The position numbers and the translations under genes are program-made. Source: Candidatus Kapaibacterium sp. (GTDB lineage Bacteria; Bacteroidota; Ignavibacteria; Kapaibacteriales; UBA2268). Taken from it: 64,000 bases of DNA. The notes under the pieces were generated by a model. The model searched no databases. It was not told the DNA's origin and was given only the letters and a program-made list of their open reading frames with translations. Position 1 is the first letter of the stretch. Each line of letters starts with the position of its first letter. The stretch spans positions 5,280,001 to 5,344,000 of the forward strand of contig OY762428.1 in assembly GCA_963665665.1 (NCBI GenBank), read 5' to 3'. Shown here in pieces: positions 10,148 to 18,579 of this stretch.

Positions 10148-11416
10148 ATGAAATACCGTCTTACAAGTCTCATGATTTTTTTAATCCTCCCGCTTTTTAT
10201 TTCATGTGGAAATAAAAATGATACAGAAGGAATGTCCGGTACAATTGGCAAAGTGGAAAAACATCATGAAAATGATAATGCAGGTATTGTTTTAAGAAGT
10301 GAGTTTTTCAATAATAAGGAAGAAGTCCAGAAAACAATAGCTCTTCTCGCTGCATTTAATTATAAAATGGGTAAAGTTCTTCTTGATATCGAAGATTGGT
10401 GGATACCCCGGATCATGAAATACGACAACACACCTCAGGGTCAGGAATTAGCTAATTCTTTGAAAGACTATATGAAGTTTGTAAAGAATAATAAATATAA
10501 AACCAACAAAACCATATCCTTGCTACTTGATATCAATTCCGGAAAAATGGATTACTCCAAAGATATTGATCATTATTTTATTGAGTTTTTCAATTATATC
10601 GAACAATTGATCAAAAAAAATGAGCTATTTATAAATTCCACCAACTCGATGGAAAAAATTATTGCATCCGGCGAAGCAGGCAAAAAAGCTGATATGCTTA
10701 ATAATATCCGCGAAGTCAGAGATAAAATGATAATAAAAACAGCTTCTATTGCACTGCTTACCGGCGATTCGAAAACCGCGAAATATGCCCTTGAAAAAGA
10801 GATTCATGATCCTGGTTTGTTGAAAGATATTCCTGCAAAAGAAAAAATCCACCAGGGAGATGCCCGGGCAGTTTTCGAGGACTTTTATGTGGATGAAGAT
10901 AAGATTCTGACATATTATTCGAAAACTGATGATCATGGTTTTTATAGTGGAAATGTTGGATTGGCTGTTTATGCTAATCCCGGAATAGATACGGGAAACC
11001 CCAATCCTATTGAAGTGATTAAATTATTTCAATCCGATATTATTCCCGGAATCGATAACATGAAACAGGTTGCTTTATCAGAGTATAAACTTGAATTTTT
11101 CGCCCGGGAAGAAGTTAAAGTTATCTTATCCCAGGATAAATTGAGTGCCGTATATGCCTTTGATAAACTGAGCACAGATTATTCAGAGTTGCTCTGTTCG
11201 ATTATGGACAAAGAAAAACTGGATTTAATTGATCTTACAGCAAAAGACGAATTGTCCTCAGCAAATAAGAAACTTGGAGTTTATATTTTTGCTTCTGATA
11301 AAATTGGAGATACTGATGATATAATCAAACTTACTCCGGCTATAGAACGAATCGGAGTATATAGCATCCTGGAGTTATTTGGCAATAAAAACGAAGATTT
11401 AGATTTGCAGGAATAA
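10148..11416 (+). CDS. Hypothetical lipoprotein
   Basis: 422-aa ORF, AAGGAG RBS, lipobox FISC; no family recognised. Confidence 0.7.
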   Translation: MKYRLTSLMIFLILPLFISCGNKNDTEGMSGTIGKVEKHHENDNAGIVLRSEFFNNKEEVQKTIALLAAFNYKMGKVLLDIEDWWIPRIMKYDNTPQGQELANSLKDYMKFVKNNKYKTNKTISLLLDINSGKMDYSKDIDHYFIEFFNYIEQLIKKNELFINSTNSMEKIIASGEAGKKADMLNNIREVRDKMIIKTASIALLTGDSKTAKYALEKEIHDPGLLKDIPAKEKIHQGDARAVFEDFYVDEDKILTYYSKTDDHGFYSGNVGLAVYANPGIDTGNPNPIEVIKLFQSDIIPGIDNMKQVALSEYKLEFFAREEVKVILSQDKLSAVYAFDKLSTDYSELLCSIMDKEKLDLIDLTAKDELSSANKKLGVYIFASDKIGDTDDIIKLTPAIERIGVYSILELFGNKNEDLDLQE

Positions 11417-11423
11417 ATGGCAA

Positions 11424-11460
11424 TTACTCATCCGATGACTTCAAGTCATCGGATGAGTAA
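11424..11460. repeat. Perfect 18-bp inverted repeat (REP-like hairpin or terminator)
   Basis: TTACTCATCCGATGACTT-C-AAGTCATCGGATGAGTAA, directly after the stop at 11416. Confidence 0.8.
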
Positions 11461-11530
11461 ATAAAAAGCCCCGTTAATATCTACCCCGGAAATCAATGGA
11501 AGAATGATGTACAAAGAGTTACGGACGGAA

Positions 11531-14491
11531 ATGAAGAAGATAATTTTTACAGTGATATTTATCATTACTACAATTCAATTACACTCGCAGGTAATGGAAT
11601 ATTCCTACGAGGACCTGGATCTATTTTATTTCGATCCAAGGCATTCTTACCTGATTCCACATGCTGCCGGTACATTTGTAAATGCAATGGAATTCCACAA
11701 GAAATTCTGGGATTACACTCCAAGCGAAGACGTGCAGATACTACTGAATGATTTTTCCGATGACGGTAACGGAGGTACTATCGTGATTCCGTGGAATTTT
11801 ATATCACTTGGGATTGCTCCCTTCGAATATACATTCGATGTTATTCCGTCCAATGAACGTATGCAGTGGCTTATGAACCATGAGCTTGTCCATGTGGTAA
11901 TGTGCGACAAAGCTTCCCCGGGGGATAACTTCTGGCGTTCCATTTTCCTCGGAAAAGTCGGACAGGATCCGAACGATCCTTTATCAATGGTATACAGCTA
12001 TCTTACAACTCCCCGCTGGTATTCCCCGCGCTGGTATCACGAAGGCATAGCTGTTTTCATGGAAACATGGATGTCCGGCGGCCTTGGCCGTACTCTTGGT
12101 GGTTATGACGAAATGGTATTTCGTTCGATGTATCTTGATTCCGCGTATTTCTACAGGGTTGTGGGCCTTGAAACAGAGGGAACAACAATTGATTTCCAGG
12201 TGGGAGTAAATGCATATCTTTATGGAACACGTTTTATTGCATGGCTGGCAAAAACTTATGGAGTAGAGAAAGTTCGTGCCTTTTATTCAAGAACTGATGA
12301 TTCTGATAAATTCTATGCTTCCCAGTTCGAAAAAGTTTTTAATATCGACGTAGAAGATGCATGGGAAAATTGGATAGCATGGGAGAAAGAACATCAAAAG
12401 TCCAATATCGAAAAAGTAAATAAATATCCTGTAACTGATTTCCGAAATATTACTTTCGAACCACTCGGCACGGTTTCACGACCTTTTATTGATTCTGAGA
12501 CAGGGAAGATCATTGTTGCTGTGAACTATCCCGGAGATATGGCACATGTGGAAAGCATTGATATTGAAACAGGCCAAAGAGAAAGAATTTGCGAAATAAT
12601 CACCCCTAAACTCAACTATGTTACCAGCTTGTGCTATGATGAAGTATCGAAAACCGTTTTTATGGCCGAAACCAACAATAATTGGAGGGGGCTGAGTAAA
12701 TATAATATTAAAACAGATGAAAAAGAATACCTGATTGAAACCACACGTGCGGGAGATTTCGCACTTAACAATAAAGACAGATCCCTGTGGGCAGTACAGA
12801 ATATGAGCGGCAGGACTTCACTAATACGTATTCCGCCGCCGTATAATACATTCGATATTATTTTTACTATTCCCTACGGGAAGTCGCTTTTTGATATTGA
12901 TGTCTCCCCTGACGGTGAAATGCTAAGCGCCACATGGTCCGAACTCAGCGGAAGGCAATCACTTGTTTGCTTTAATATCAGGGAACTGATAAACGGCAAT
13001 AGCGATAAAAGAACACTTTTTGAATTCGAGGATAATTCCGTATCAAATTTTGTTTTCTCCCCCGACGGAACAAAACTTTACGGAACTTCATATTATACCG
13101 GAATTTCAAATATTTTTGAAATTGATGTTGAAACAGGCGAAATGCAAGCCCTGTCCAACGCGGAGGCCGGACTTTTCCGCCCTACTCCTGTTGGAAATGA
13201 TTCCCTGCTCGTGTTCAAATACACACGCAACGGTATGCTGCCTGTGATGACAGGGATAAACCCGATAGAAGATATTGAACCAATTGATTACTTAGGGCAG
13301 ATGGTAGTTGAAAAAAATCCGATTGTAAAAGAATGGGCTTTGGAGCCTGCTGCAAAAGCCGTTATGCTTGATACAAATATTGCCAGCGAAGAGCCTTTCA
13401 GCCTTTTCACCGGTATTGGCCTTGCCTCGGGCTACCCGATTGTTGAAGGATATAAAAAATATGCCGCATTCGGATATAAAATAAATTTCAGGGATCCCCT
13501 TGGAATGCACAACCTGCAATTAAAATCTTCATATACAGCAAACAGCAATCTGCCGGAAAAAGAAAGGCTTCATGCCGGAATTTCCTATAACTACTGGGAC
13601 TGGTATATAAACGCCGCGTACAACCCGGCGGATTTCTATGATCTTTTCGGGCCTGTAAAACTGGGCCGTGCCGGATGGTTCGCCTCGGTGAAATACCACA
13701 AGGACCTGATATACAATCACAAGCCACACCATTCGGATTTTTACCTTCGCCTTAGCGCTTATGGCGACCTGGAAAAAATGCCTTCATACCAGAACGTTAA
13801 TGCCTCCTTTGATAAACTTTATACAGCGACAGCTCAATTCCACAGGAACTTCTTCCGTAAAAGCCTTGGATCGATAGAACCTGAATCCGGCTATGATATT
13901 AAGATATGGTCGCATACAAATCTTGCCAACGAGGAATTCTATCCTCTGCTGTTTGGGCAGTTTGATTTTGGAGGCCTCCTCCCTATGCGCAATTCTTCAA
14001 TCTGGCTTCGTACAGCAGCCGGACATTCATTAAAAGATGACGGAAGCCCATTCGGAAATTTTTATTTCGGCGGATTCGGCAATAATTATATAGATCGTTT
14101 CAATCCACAGGATATGAAAAATTCAGACTACCTTGCCGTGAAAAAATACAGGATGCTTGAATCCTTCCCCGGGCGTGACCTGAATGAACTGGAAGGACGC
14201 AATTTTGTTAAAAGTTTTGCCGAAGTGAACTTTACACCAATTCGTTTCCGCAGGCTGGGATTCCTGTATATGTACAGCACTTATGCTCAGTTTTCATGCT
14301 TTGCCGGCGGTATAATTCTTAACCCGGATAAAGATTACCGCCGCCAGGTTTATAATATCGGTGGACAACTTGATTTCCAGGTGGTATTCTTCTCATTGTT
14401 GAAAACCACACTTTCATTTGGCTATGCCCGCTCCTTCGAGAATGGACTCCGCCCCGACGAAGAATTTATGATTTCATTGAAATTGCTTTAA
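11531..14491 (+). CDS. Large outer-membrane protein: gluzincin-like peptidase domain + TolB/PD40-like beta-propeller + C-terminal beta-barrel
   Basis: Signal peptide from ATG 11531; HELVH..PRWYHEGIAVFME; VSPDGEML and FSPDGTKL propeller motifs; amphipathic beta-strand C-terminus (LSFGYARSF..FMISLKLL). Confidence 0.7.
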   Translation: MKKIIFTVIFIITTIQLHSQVMEYSYEDLDLFYFDPRHSYLIPHAAGTFVNAMEFHKKFWDYTPSEDVQILLNDFSDDGNGGTIVIPWNFISLGIAPFEYTFDVIPSNERMQWLMNHELVHVVMCDKASPGDNFWRSIFLGKVGQDPNDPLSMVYSYLTTPRWYSPRWYHEGIAVFMETWMSGGLGRTLGGYDEMVFRSMYLDSAYFYRVVGLETEGTTIDFQVGVNAYLYGTRFIAWLAKTYGVEKVRAFYSRTDDSDKFYASQFEKVFNIDVEDAWENWIAWEKEHQKSNIEKVNKYPVTDFRNITFEPLGTVSRPFIDSETGKIIVAVNYPGDMAHVESIDIETGQRERICEIITPKLNYVTSLCYDEVSKTVFMAETNNNWRGLSKYNIKTDEKEYLIETTRAGDFALNNKDRSLWAVQNMSGRTSLIRIPPPYNTFDIIFTIPYGKSLFDIDVSPDGEMLSATWSELSGRQSLVCFNIRELINGNSDKRTLFEFEDNSVSNFVFSPDGTKLYGTSYYTGISNIFEIDVETGEMQALSNAEAGLFRPTPVGNDSLLVFKYTRNGMLPVMTGINPIEDIEPIDYLGQMVVEKNPIVKEWALEPAAKAVMLDTNIASEEPFSLFTGIGLASGYPIVEGYKKYAAFGYKINFRDPLGMHNLQLKSSYTANSNLPEKERLHAGISYNYWDWYINAAYNPADFYDLFGPVKLGRAGWFASVKYHKDLIYNHKPHHSDFYLRLSAYGDLEKMPSYQNVNASFDKLYTATAQFHRNFFRKSLGSIEPESGYDIKIWSHTNLANEEFYPLLFGQFDFGGLLPMRNSSIWLRTAAGHSLKDDGSPFGNFYFGGFGNNYIDRFNPQDMKNSDYLAVKKYRMLESFPGRDLNELEGRNFVKSFAEVNFTPIRFRRLGFLYMYSTYAQFSCFAGGIILNPDKDYRRQVYNIGGQLDFQVVFFSLLKTTLSFGYARSFENGLRPDEEFMISLKLL

Positions 14492-14543
14492 GAGGACTTC
14501 TGTTGATTTCCACTCCGTCCCGTGCCCGGCTTGGGATGGAGAA

Positions 14544-14570
14544 ACCTGTCCCCGATCCATCGGGACAGGT
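14544..14570. terminator. Hairpin downstream of the outer-membrane protein gene
   Basis: ACCTGTCCC-CGATCCATC-GGGACAGGT, 9-bp stem, no clear U-tract. Confidence 0.35.
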
Positions 14571-14574
14571 CGAT

Positions 14575-14781
14575 GGTGGTTTCTTAAAAATTCCCCTCGT
14601 TGAGGGGTGGCGTGCGCAGCGAGTCGGGGTGGATTCTTTTTCTTAGTCCCAAGGTATTATTATCCACGAACTAAAGCACGTGGCTATTGAATTTGACGAT
14701 TATAAAGCTGGAAGGTCATTCTGAGCGCCAGCGAAGAATCCATTCTTTATGCACTATCTGCAAACGAAAATGGATTCTTCA
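14575..14781 (+). repeat. About 205-bp composite REP-like block, copy 1 (direct repeat of 16172-16384)
   Basis: AAAATTCCCCTCGTTGAGGGGTGGCG.., TATCCACG..CGTGGCTATTGAATTTGACG and GTCATTCTGAGCGCCAGCGAAGAATCC modules in the same order as at 16172-16384. Confidence 0.85.
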
Positions 14782-14810
14782 GTCGCAAGAGCATCGGAAT
14801 TATATAAAAA

Positions 14811-14963
14811 GCTCCGTAGGAGCGGAATTTTTGTAGATAATTTTTACATTGCGATTATTAAAAGCTCCGTAGGAGCGACACAATCTTTTGCCAATGTCGC
14901 CCCTACGGGGCTGTTGTCCTTTCCGGATTCGCCTTTCTACAAAAATGTCGCGGCTACGCCGCT
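14811..14963. repeat. Cluster of four short REP-like palindromes
   Basis: GCTCCGTAGGAGC (14811, 14864) facing GCCCCTACGGGGC (14899) and GCGGCTACGCCGC (14950). Confidence 0.75.
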
Positions 14964-14979
14964 GTCGATTTTTCTCTCT

Positions 14980-15085
14980 CATTACGAAGTTGTACTTCGT
15001 AATGCAGTTTTCCTGAAACTGAGCTTCATAATTCCAAAGTAGAACTTTGCAAGAAATATTCCTTCCCAAGTACAACTTGGGAAGG
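14980..15085 (+). repeat. REP doublet (REPIN-like), copy 1 of 3
   Basis: CATTACGAAGT-TGT-ACTTCGTAATG and CCTTCCCAAGT-ACA-ACTTGGGAAGG; recurs at 26466-26572 (inverted) and 63863-63970. Confidence 0.85.
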
Positions 15086-15296
15086 AGGGAAATAACAACA
15101 TAATACCTCCTTCTCCGGCCATTATACCCCGTTCTTCCATCCCAATGAACAGGCCGCCGGCCTTAATTCCCCATCCTGTGGTTTCAATGAACCGGATAAT
15201 TTCCTTATTTCAATGCTGTTTCGAACCAGAATCCAAATGTTTGGGCTAATTGCTTTGTTGGCAGGGCTTTAAACTGCCTTGGCCGGAGGTATTGAA

Positions 15297-15593
15297 CTAC
15301 TGTTTGGCCTTAATGTAGTGAAATTTGGCCTCATTGAACACTTGGTTGACCTTATTGAACACTTGGTTGATCTTACTGAACACTTGGTTGGCTTTACTGA
15401 ACACTTGGTTGACCTTATTGAACACTTGGTTGGCTTTACTGAACACTTGGTTGACCTTACTGAACACTTGGTTGATCTTACTGAACACTTGGTTGATCTT
15501 ACTGAACACTTGGTTGGCTTTACTGAACACTTGGTTGACCTTACTGAACACTTGGTTGACCTTACTGAACACTTGGTTGACCTTACTGAACAT
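15297..15593 (-). CDS. Possible 98-aa heptad-repeat protein (FSKVNQV)n; coding status uncertain
   Basis: GGAGG 8 nt before ATG 15593; same length and same C-terminus (NEAKFHYIKAKQ) as 27179-27475; several other frames are also open because of the repeat. Confidence 0.25.
   Translation of the reverse strand: MFSKVNQVFSKVNQVFSKVNQVFSKANQVFSKINQVFSKINQVFSKVNQVFSKANQVFNKVNQVFSKANQVFSKINQVFNKVNQVFNEAKFHYIKAKQ
15327..15592 (+). repeat. 21-nt tandem array, arm 1 of fold-back element A (12 units, consensus GACCTTACTGAACACTTGGTT)
   Basis: Directly visible; 12 EHLV-containing heptads in the ORF track. Confidence 0.95.
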
Positions 15594-15972
15594 GTTCTTT
15601 GCCTCCGACCAAGAGTTCAATGCCTCCGACCAAGGCGTCAATGCCTTCAACCAAGGCGTCAATAACTCCGACCAAGGCATCATTATCTTCAACCAAGGCA
15701 TCATTATCTTCAACCAAGGCATCATTATCTTCAACCAAGGCATCATTATCTTCAACCAAGGCATCATTATCTTCAACCAAGGCATCATTATCTTCAACCA
15801 AGGCATCATTATCTTCAACCAAGGCATCATTATCTTCAACCAAGGCGTCAATATCATCAAACATCGGTGCAATAGCTTCAACCAAGAGTTCATTATCTTC
15901 AACCAAGGCGGCAATAAAGCAAAACATTGCTGCAATAGGTGCAAACAAGAGTTCATTATCTTCAAACATCGG
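15593..15972 (+). repeat. 21-nt tandem array, arm 2 of fold-back element A (8 near-identical CATTATCTTCAACCAAGGCAT units plus degenerate units)
   Basis: Units start at 15681, 15702 ... 15828; core TCAACCAAG is the reverse complement of the arm-1 core CTTGGTTGA. Confidence 0.95.
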
Positions 15973-16171
15973 GGCATTGCTTCTGACCCCTCCCAAACCC
16001 TCCCCGAAGGAGAGGGCTTTGAAGAAGAACAAGGCGGCAATGACTTAGAACATCGGTGCATTACCATAGACTCTTCCTACCTCCCCCCGGCCCCCTCCTT
16101 CGAAAGGAGGGGGAGTTAATTCTATGTTATTTAACTTCTTATCCCCTCCTAATGTAGGAGGGGAATACAGG

Positions 16172-16400
16172 GGTGGTTTCTTAAAAATTCCCCTCGTTGA
16201 GGGGTGGCGAGCGCAGCGAGACGGGGTGGTTTCTTTTTCCATAGCTTCTGGTCAGGGCGTCATTATCCACGAGATAGAGCACCTGGCTATCGAATTTGAC
16301 GATTATAAGGCTGGAAGGTCATTCTGAGCGCCAGCGAAGAATCCATTCTTCACACACTATCTGCAAACAAAGATGGATTCTTCACTTTGTTCAGAATGAC
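16172..16400 (+). repeat. Composite REP-like block, copy 2, ending in a complete GTCATTCTGAG..CAGAATGAC inverted pair
   Basis: Aligns by eye with 14575-14781; inverted pair at 16318-16400. Confidence 0.85.
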
Positions 16401-16475
16401 CTACAGGAATGTCCCCAGCTGGCGGGGGACAGTTCTTTTCATAGATTTATTAAAATTCAGGGAGGAATTAAATAT

Positions 16476-16811
16476 TTAATAATCATCGATGATATCGGGT
16501 TCCCAGAGATGTTTATCCAGGTCAACAGCTTCGGCTTTGAATGTTATTCCTTCGGACAGCAGTAATTCTTTCATCCTGAAAGGTGTGCCAAAGTGTATCT
16601 TGCCGCTTAGTTCACCAAGACGATTAACAACCCGGTGGGCGGGTATATCGCTGTCATCGCCAATTCCGTTCAGTGCCCAGCCAACCATCCTGGCTCCTGA
16701 TGCAAGCCCGGCAGCCCTGGCTACCCTGCCGTATGTACACACTTTGCCGGCTGGTATCTGCCGGACAACTGCATATACTTTTTGGAAAAAATCTTTATTC
16801 TTTTCAGCCAT
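16476..16811 (-). CDS. Alkyltransferase-like (MGMT family/Atl) DNA base-flipping protein
   Basis: VRQIPAGKVCTYGRVA, ARMVGWAL, and PAHRVV (catalytic Cys of PCHRV replaced by Ala). Start moved to MAEK. Confidence 0.88.
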   Translation of the reverse strand: MAEKNKDFFQKVYAVVRQIPAGKVCTYGRVARAAGLASGARMVGWALNGIGDDSDIPAHRVVNRLGELSGKIHFGTPFRMKELLLSEGITFKAEAVDLDKHLWEPDIIDDY

Positions 16812-16848
16812 TTTGAATGATGTTTTGATCATTAAATAAAAAATATTG

Positions 16849-17376
16849 CTAATAATTTGATTCGTCCCGCCATGTAAATATTTTCCACGGATCTGAACCC
16901 TTGCTGCGTTTTAAATTGAAATTTGCCCTGCCCTGAATACGGATAATATCACTTGGGCTGAATATTATTTGCAGTGTGAACCCTCTGGATATCTCCCGTG
17001 TCAGGCTGTCGCCGGAGGAAACAACGACATCATTCCATATCAGGTCCAGATTTTGGGTGGCATTGAACAGCCGCGAAGTAGTTAGCATATCTTCCTCGCG
17101 GCCCCAGGATACATCCACGCCCCGATCGTAGTTACTGAAAACGAAAGTAAAATCATCAGCAAGCAGGTTGCCGTAAACAACTGTATCTTTAAAAAGGTAA
17201 GCATAGCGGAAGTTCTGAAAAACTCCGTCTGTTTCCGTTTGGTCGCCGAGAACTGCATCACCGGAATCACTATCGTCGAGCCCTGGGGCAAAAGGATTGA
17301 CACAGGAAACAAGAATAAATAACAGAAGGAATAAAATTCCCCTGCTGAAATTACTGATATTGAAAAACCGAACCAT
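16849..17376 (-). CDS. Hypothetical lipoprotein (NTF2-like fold possible)
   Basis: Lipobox LVSC-VNPFAPGL; start moved to ATG 17376, just after the upstream kinase stop. Confidence 0.7.
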   Translation of the reverse strand: MVRFFNISNFSRGILFLLLFILVSCVNPFAPGLDDSDSGDAVLGDQTETDGVFQNFRYAYLFKDTVVYGNLLADDFTFVFSNYDRGVDVSWGREEDMLTTSRLFNATQNLDLIWNDVVVSSGDSLTREISRGFTLQIIFSPSDIIRIQGRANFNLKRSKGSDPWKIFTWRDESNY

Positions 17377-17380
17377 GCAA

Positions 17381-18532
17381 CTATGACGGTTTGCCGGCCA
17401 GTGGTAGTGTAAATATAAAGTTGCTTCCCTCTCCCGGTTCGCTTTCAACCCATATCTTGCCAAACATATCCTCTATCAGTTTCTTAACAATGGACAGACC
17501 CAATCCGGTTGAGTTTTCTGAACCTGTCGGGCGGGCACTTAGTTTTGCAAATTTCTGAAATAATTTCTTTCTGTCTTCTTCGGTAATTCCCGGGCCCTGA
17601 TCCTGGACTTCAACTTTTACATAGTGCCTTTCCGTGATTATTGATGCCCTGATCCATATCTTTTTTTCGATAGGCGAAAATTTAATAGCATTGGATATCA
17701 GGTTGTCGAGTATCTGATTAATTTTGTTTAAATCAGCAAAAACGGGGATTTCTTCCTCGGGAACATCAATTATAAGTTCAATACTTTTTTCCTCCGCTCT
17801 CATCACGAATCTTTTCATTGCCGTGTTAAGTTCCGAACACATGTCGAAATCAGTAAAATCCATTTTCATCTTGCCTTCTTCAATGGCATTAATATCAAGA
17901 AGGTCGGTTACTAATGAAAACATATTCTGTGCAGATTTATAAATATCCTTACTAAAATCCTTTATTTCATCCATAGAAAGCTCAAAATCCCCCCTTACAA
18001 TAACCTCTGACAGGCCAAGAATAGCTCCGAGCGGATTTTTCAAGTCGTGGGCAGTAATCCCGATAAATTCGTTTTTATCCTTGTTCAGCTTAATTAGCTT
18101 TTCATTCTGTTCCATTATCAGGTCTTTGGAAAGCTTCAATTCCGTATGAGTTCTAATACGTGAAAGCAGCTCTTCTTTCTTAAATGGTTTGGTGATATAG
18201 TCAACACCACCAAGGTTAAATCCCTGAACAATGTCCTCGGTTTCCGTTTTGGCAGTCAGGAAAATCACGGGAATTTCTTCTGTTTCAGGATTTGCCTTCA
18301 AATGCCGGATAACCTCGAAGCCACTCATTTCAGGCATCATGATATCCAACAGGATCAAATCCGGCTTATCGGCTTTAACCATCTCGATAGCATCTTTACC
18401 GTTATCTGCCACAGAAATCTCAAATCCGGCTTCTTCAAGAATGGTACCGATAACCTGTAAATTTTTCAATATATCGTCTACTACCAGTACGTATGGTATT
18501 TTATTATCAATTATATCTGATGGAATTATCAT
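17381..18532 (-). CDS. Hybrid response regulator-histidine kinase (REC-HisKA-HATPase)
   Basis: VLVVDD, LILLDIMMP, AHDLKNPL, NLISNAIKFS, DQGPGI, TGLGL. Confidence 0.93.
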   Translation of the reverse strand: MIIPSDIIDNKIPYVLVVDDILKNLQVIGTILEEAGFEISVADNGKDAIEMVKADKPDLILLDIMMPEMSGFEVIRHLKANPETEEIPVIFLTAKTETEDIVQGFNLGGVDYITKPFKKEELLSRIRTHTELKLSKDLIMEQNEKLIKLNKDKNEFIGITAHDLKNPLGAILGLSEVIVRGDFELSMDEIKDFSKDIYKSAQNMFSLVTDLLDINAIEEGKMKMDFTDFDMCSELNTAMKRFVMRAEEKSIELIIDVPEEEIPVFADLNKINQILDNLISNAIKFSPIEKKIWIRASIITERHYVKVEVQDQGPGITEEDRKKLFQKFAKLSARPTGSENSTGLGLSIVKKLIEDMFGKIWVESEPGEGSNFIFTLPLAGKPS

Positions 18533-18579
18533 GTTTTCTCCGTTTTAAAATCCTTCATTCCACTTCACGCTGCGATATT

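Noticed and set aside
14749-15075. Short ORFs over REP clusters (also 16045-16565, 27548-27999, 58228-58416)
   Set aside because: They are translations of palindromic repeat modules, with no protein-like motifs
15327-15972. 21-nt arrays as a CRISPR or other guide array
   Set aside because: Units are contiguous with no unique spacers, and no cas or other effector gene is in the window
15279-16119. Other overlapping repeat-frame ORFs (15279+, 15325+, 15583-, 15599+, and equivalents at 26718-27503)
   Set aside because: They are open only because a 21-nt unit lacks stops; substitutions between the two copies are non-conservative in these frames
16476-16811. Active O6-methylguanine methyltransferase (ogt)
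   Set aside because: PAHRV lacks the catalytic Cys; this is the known alkyltransferase-like class, not a novelty
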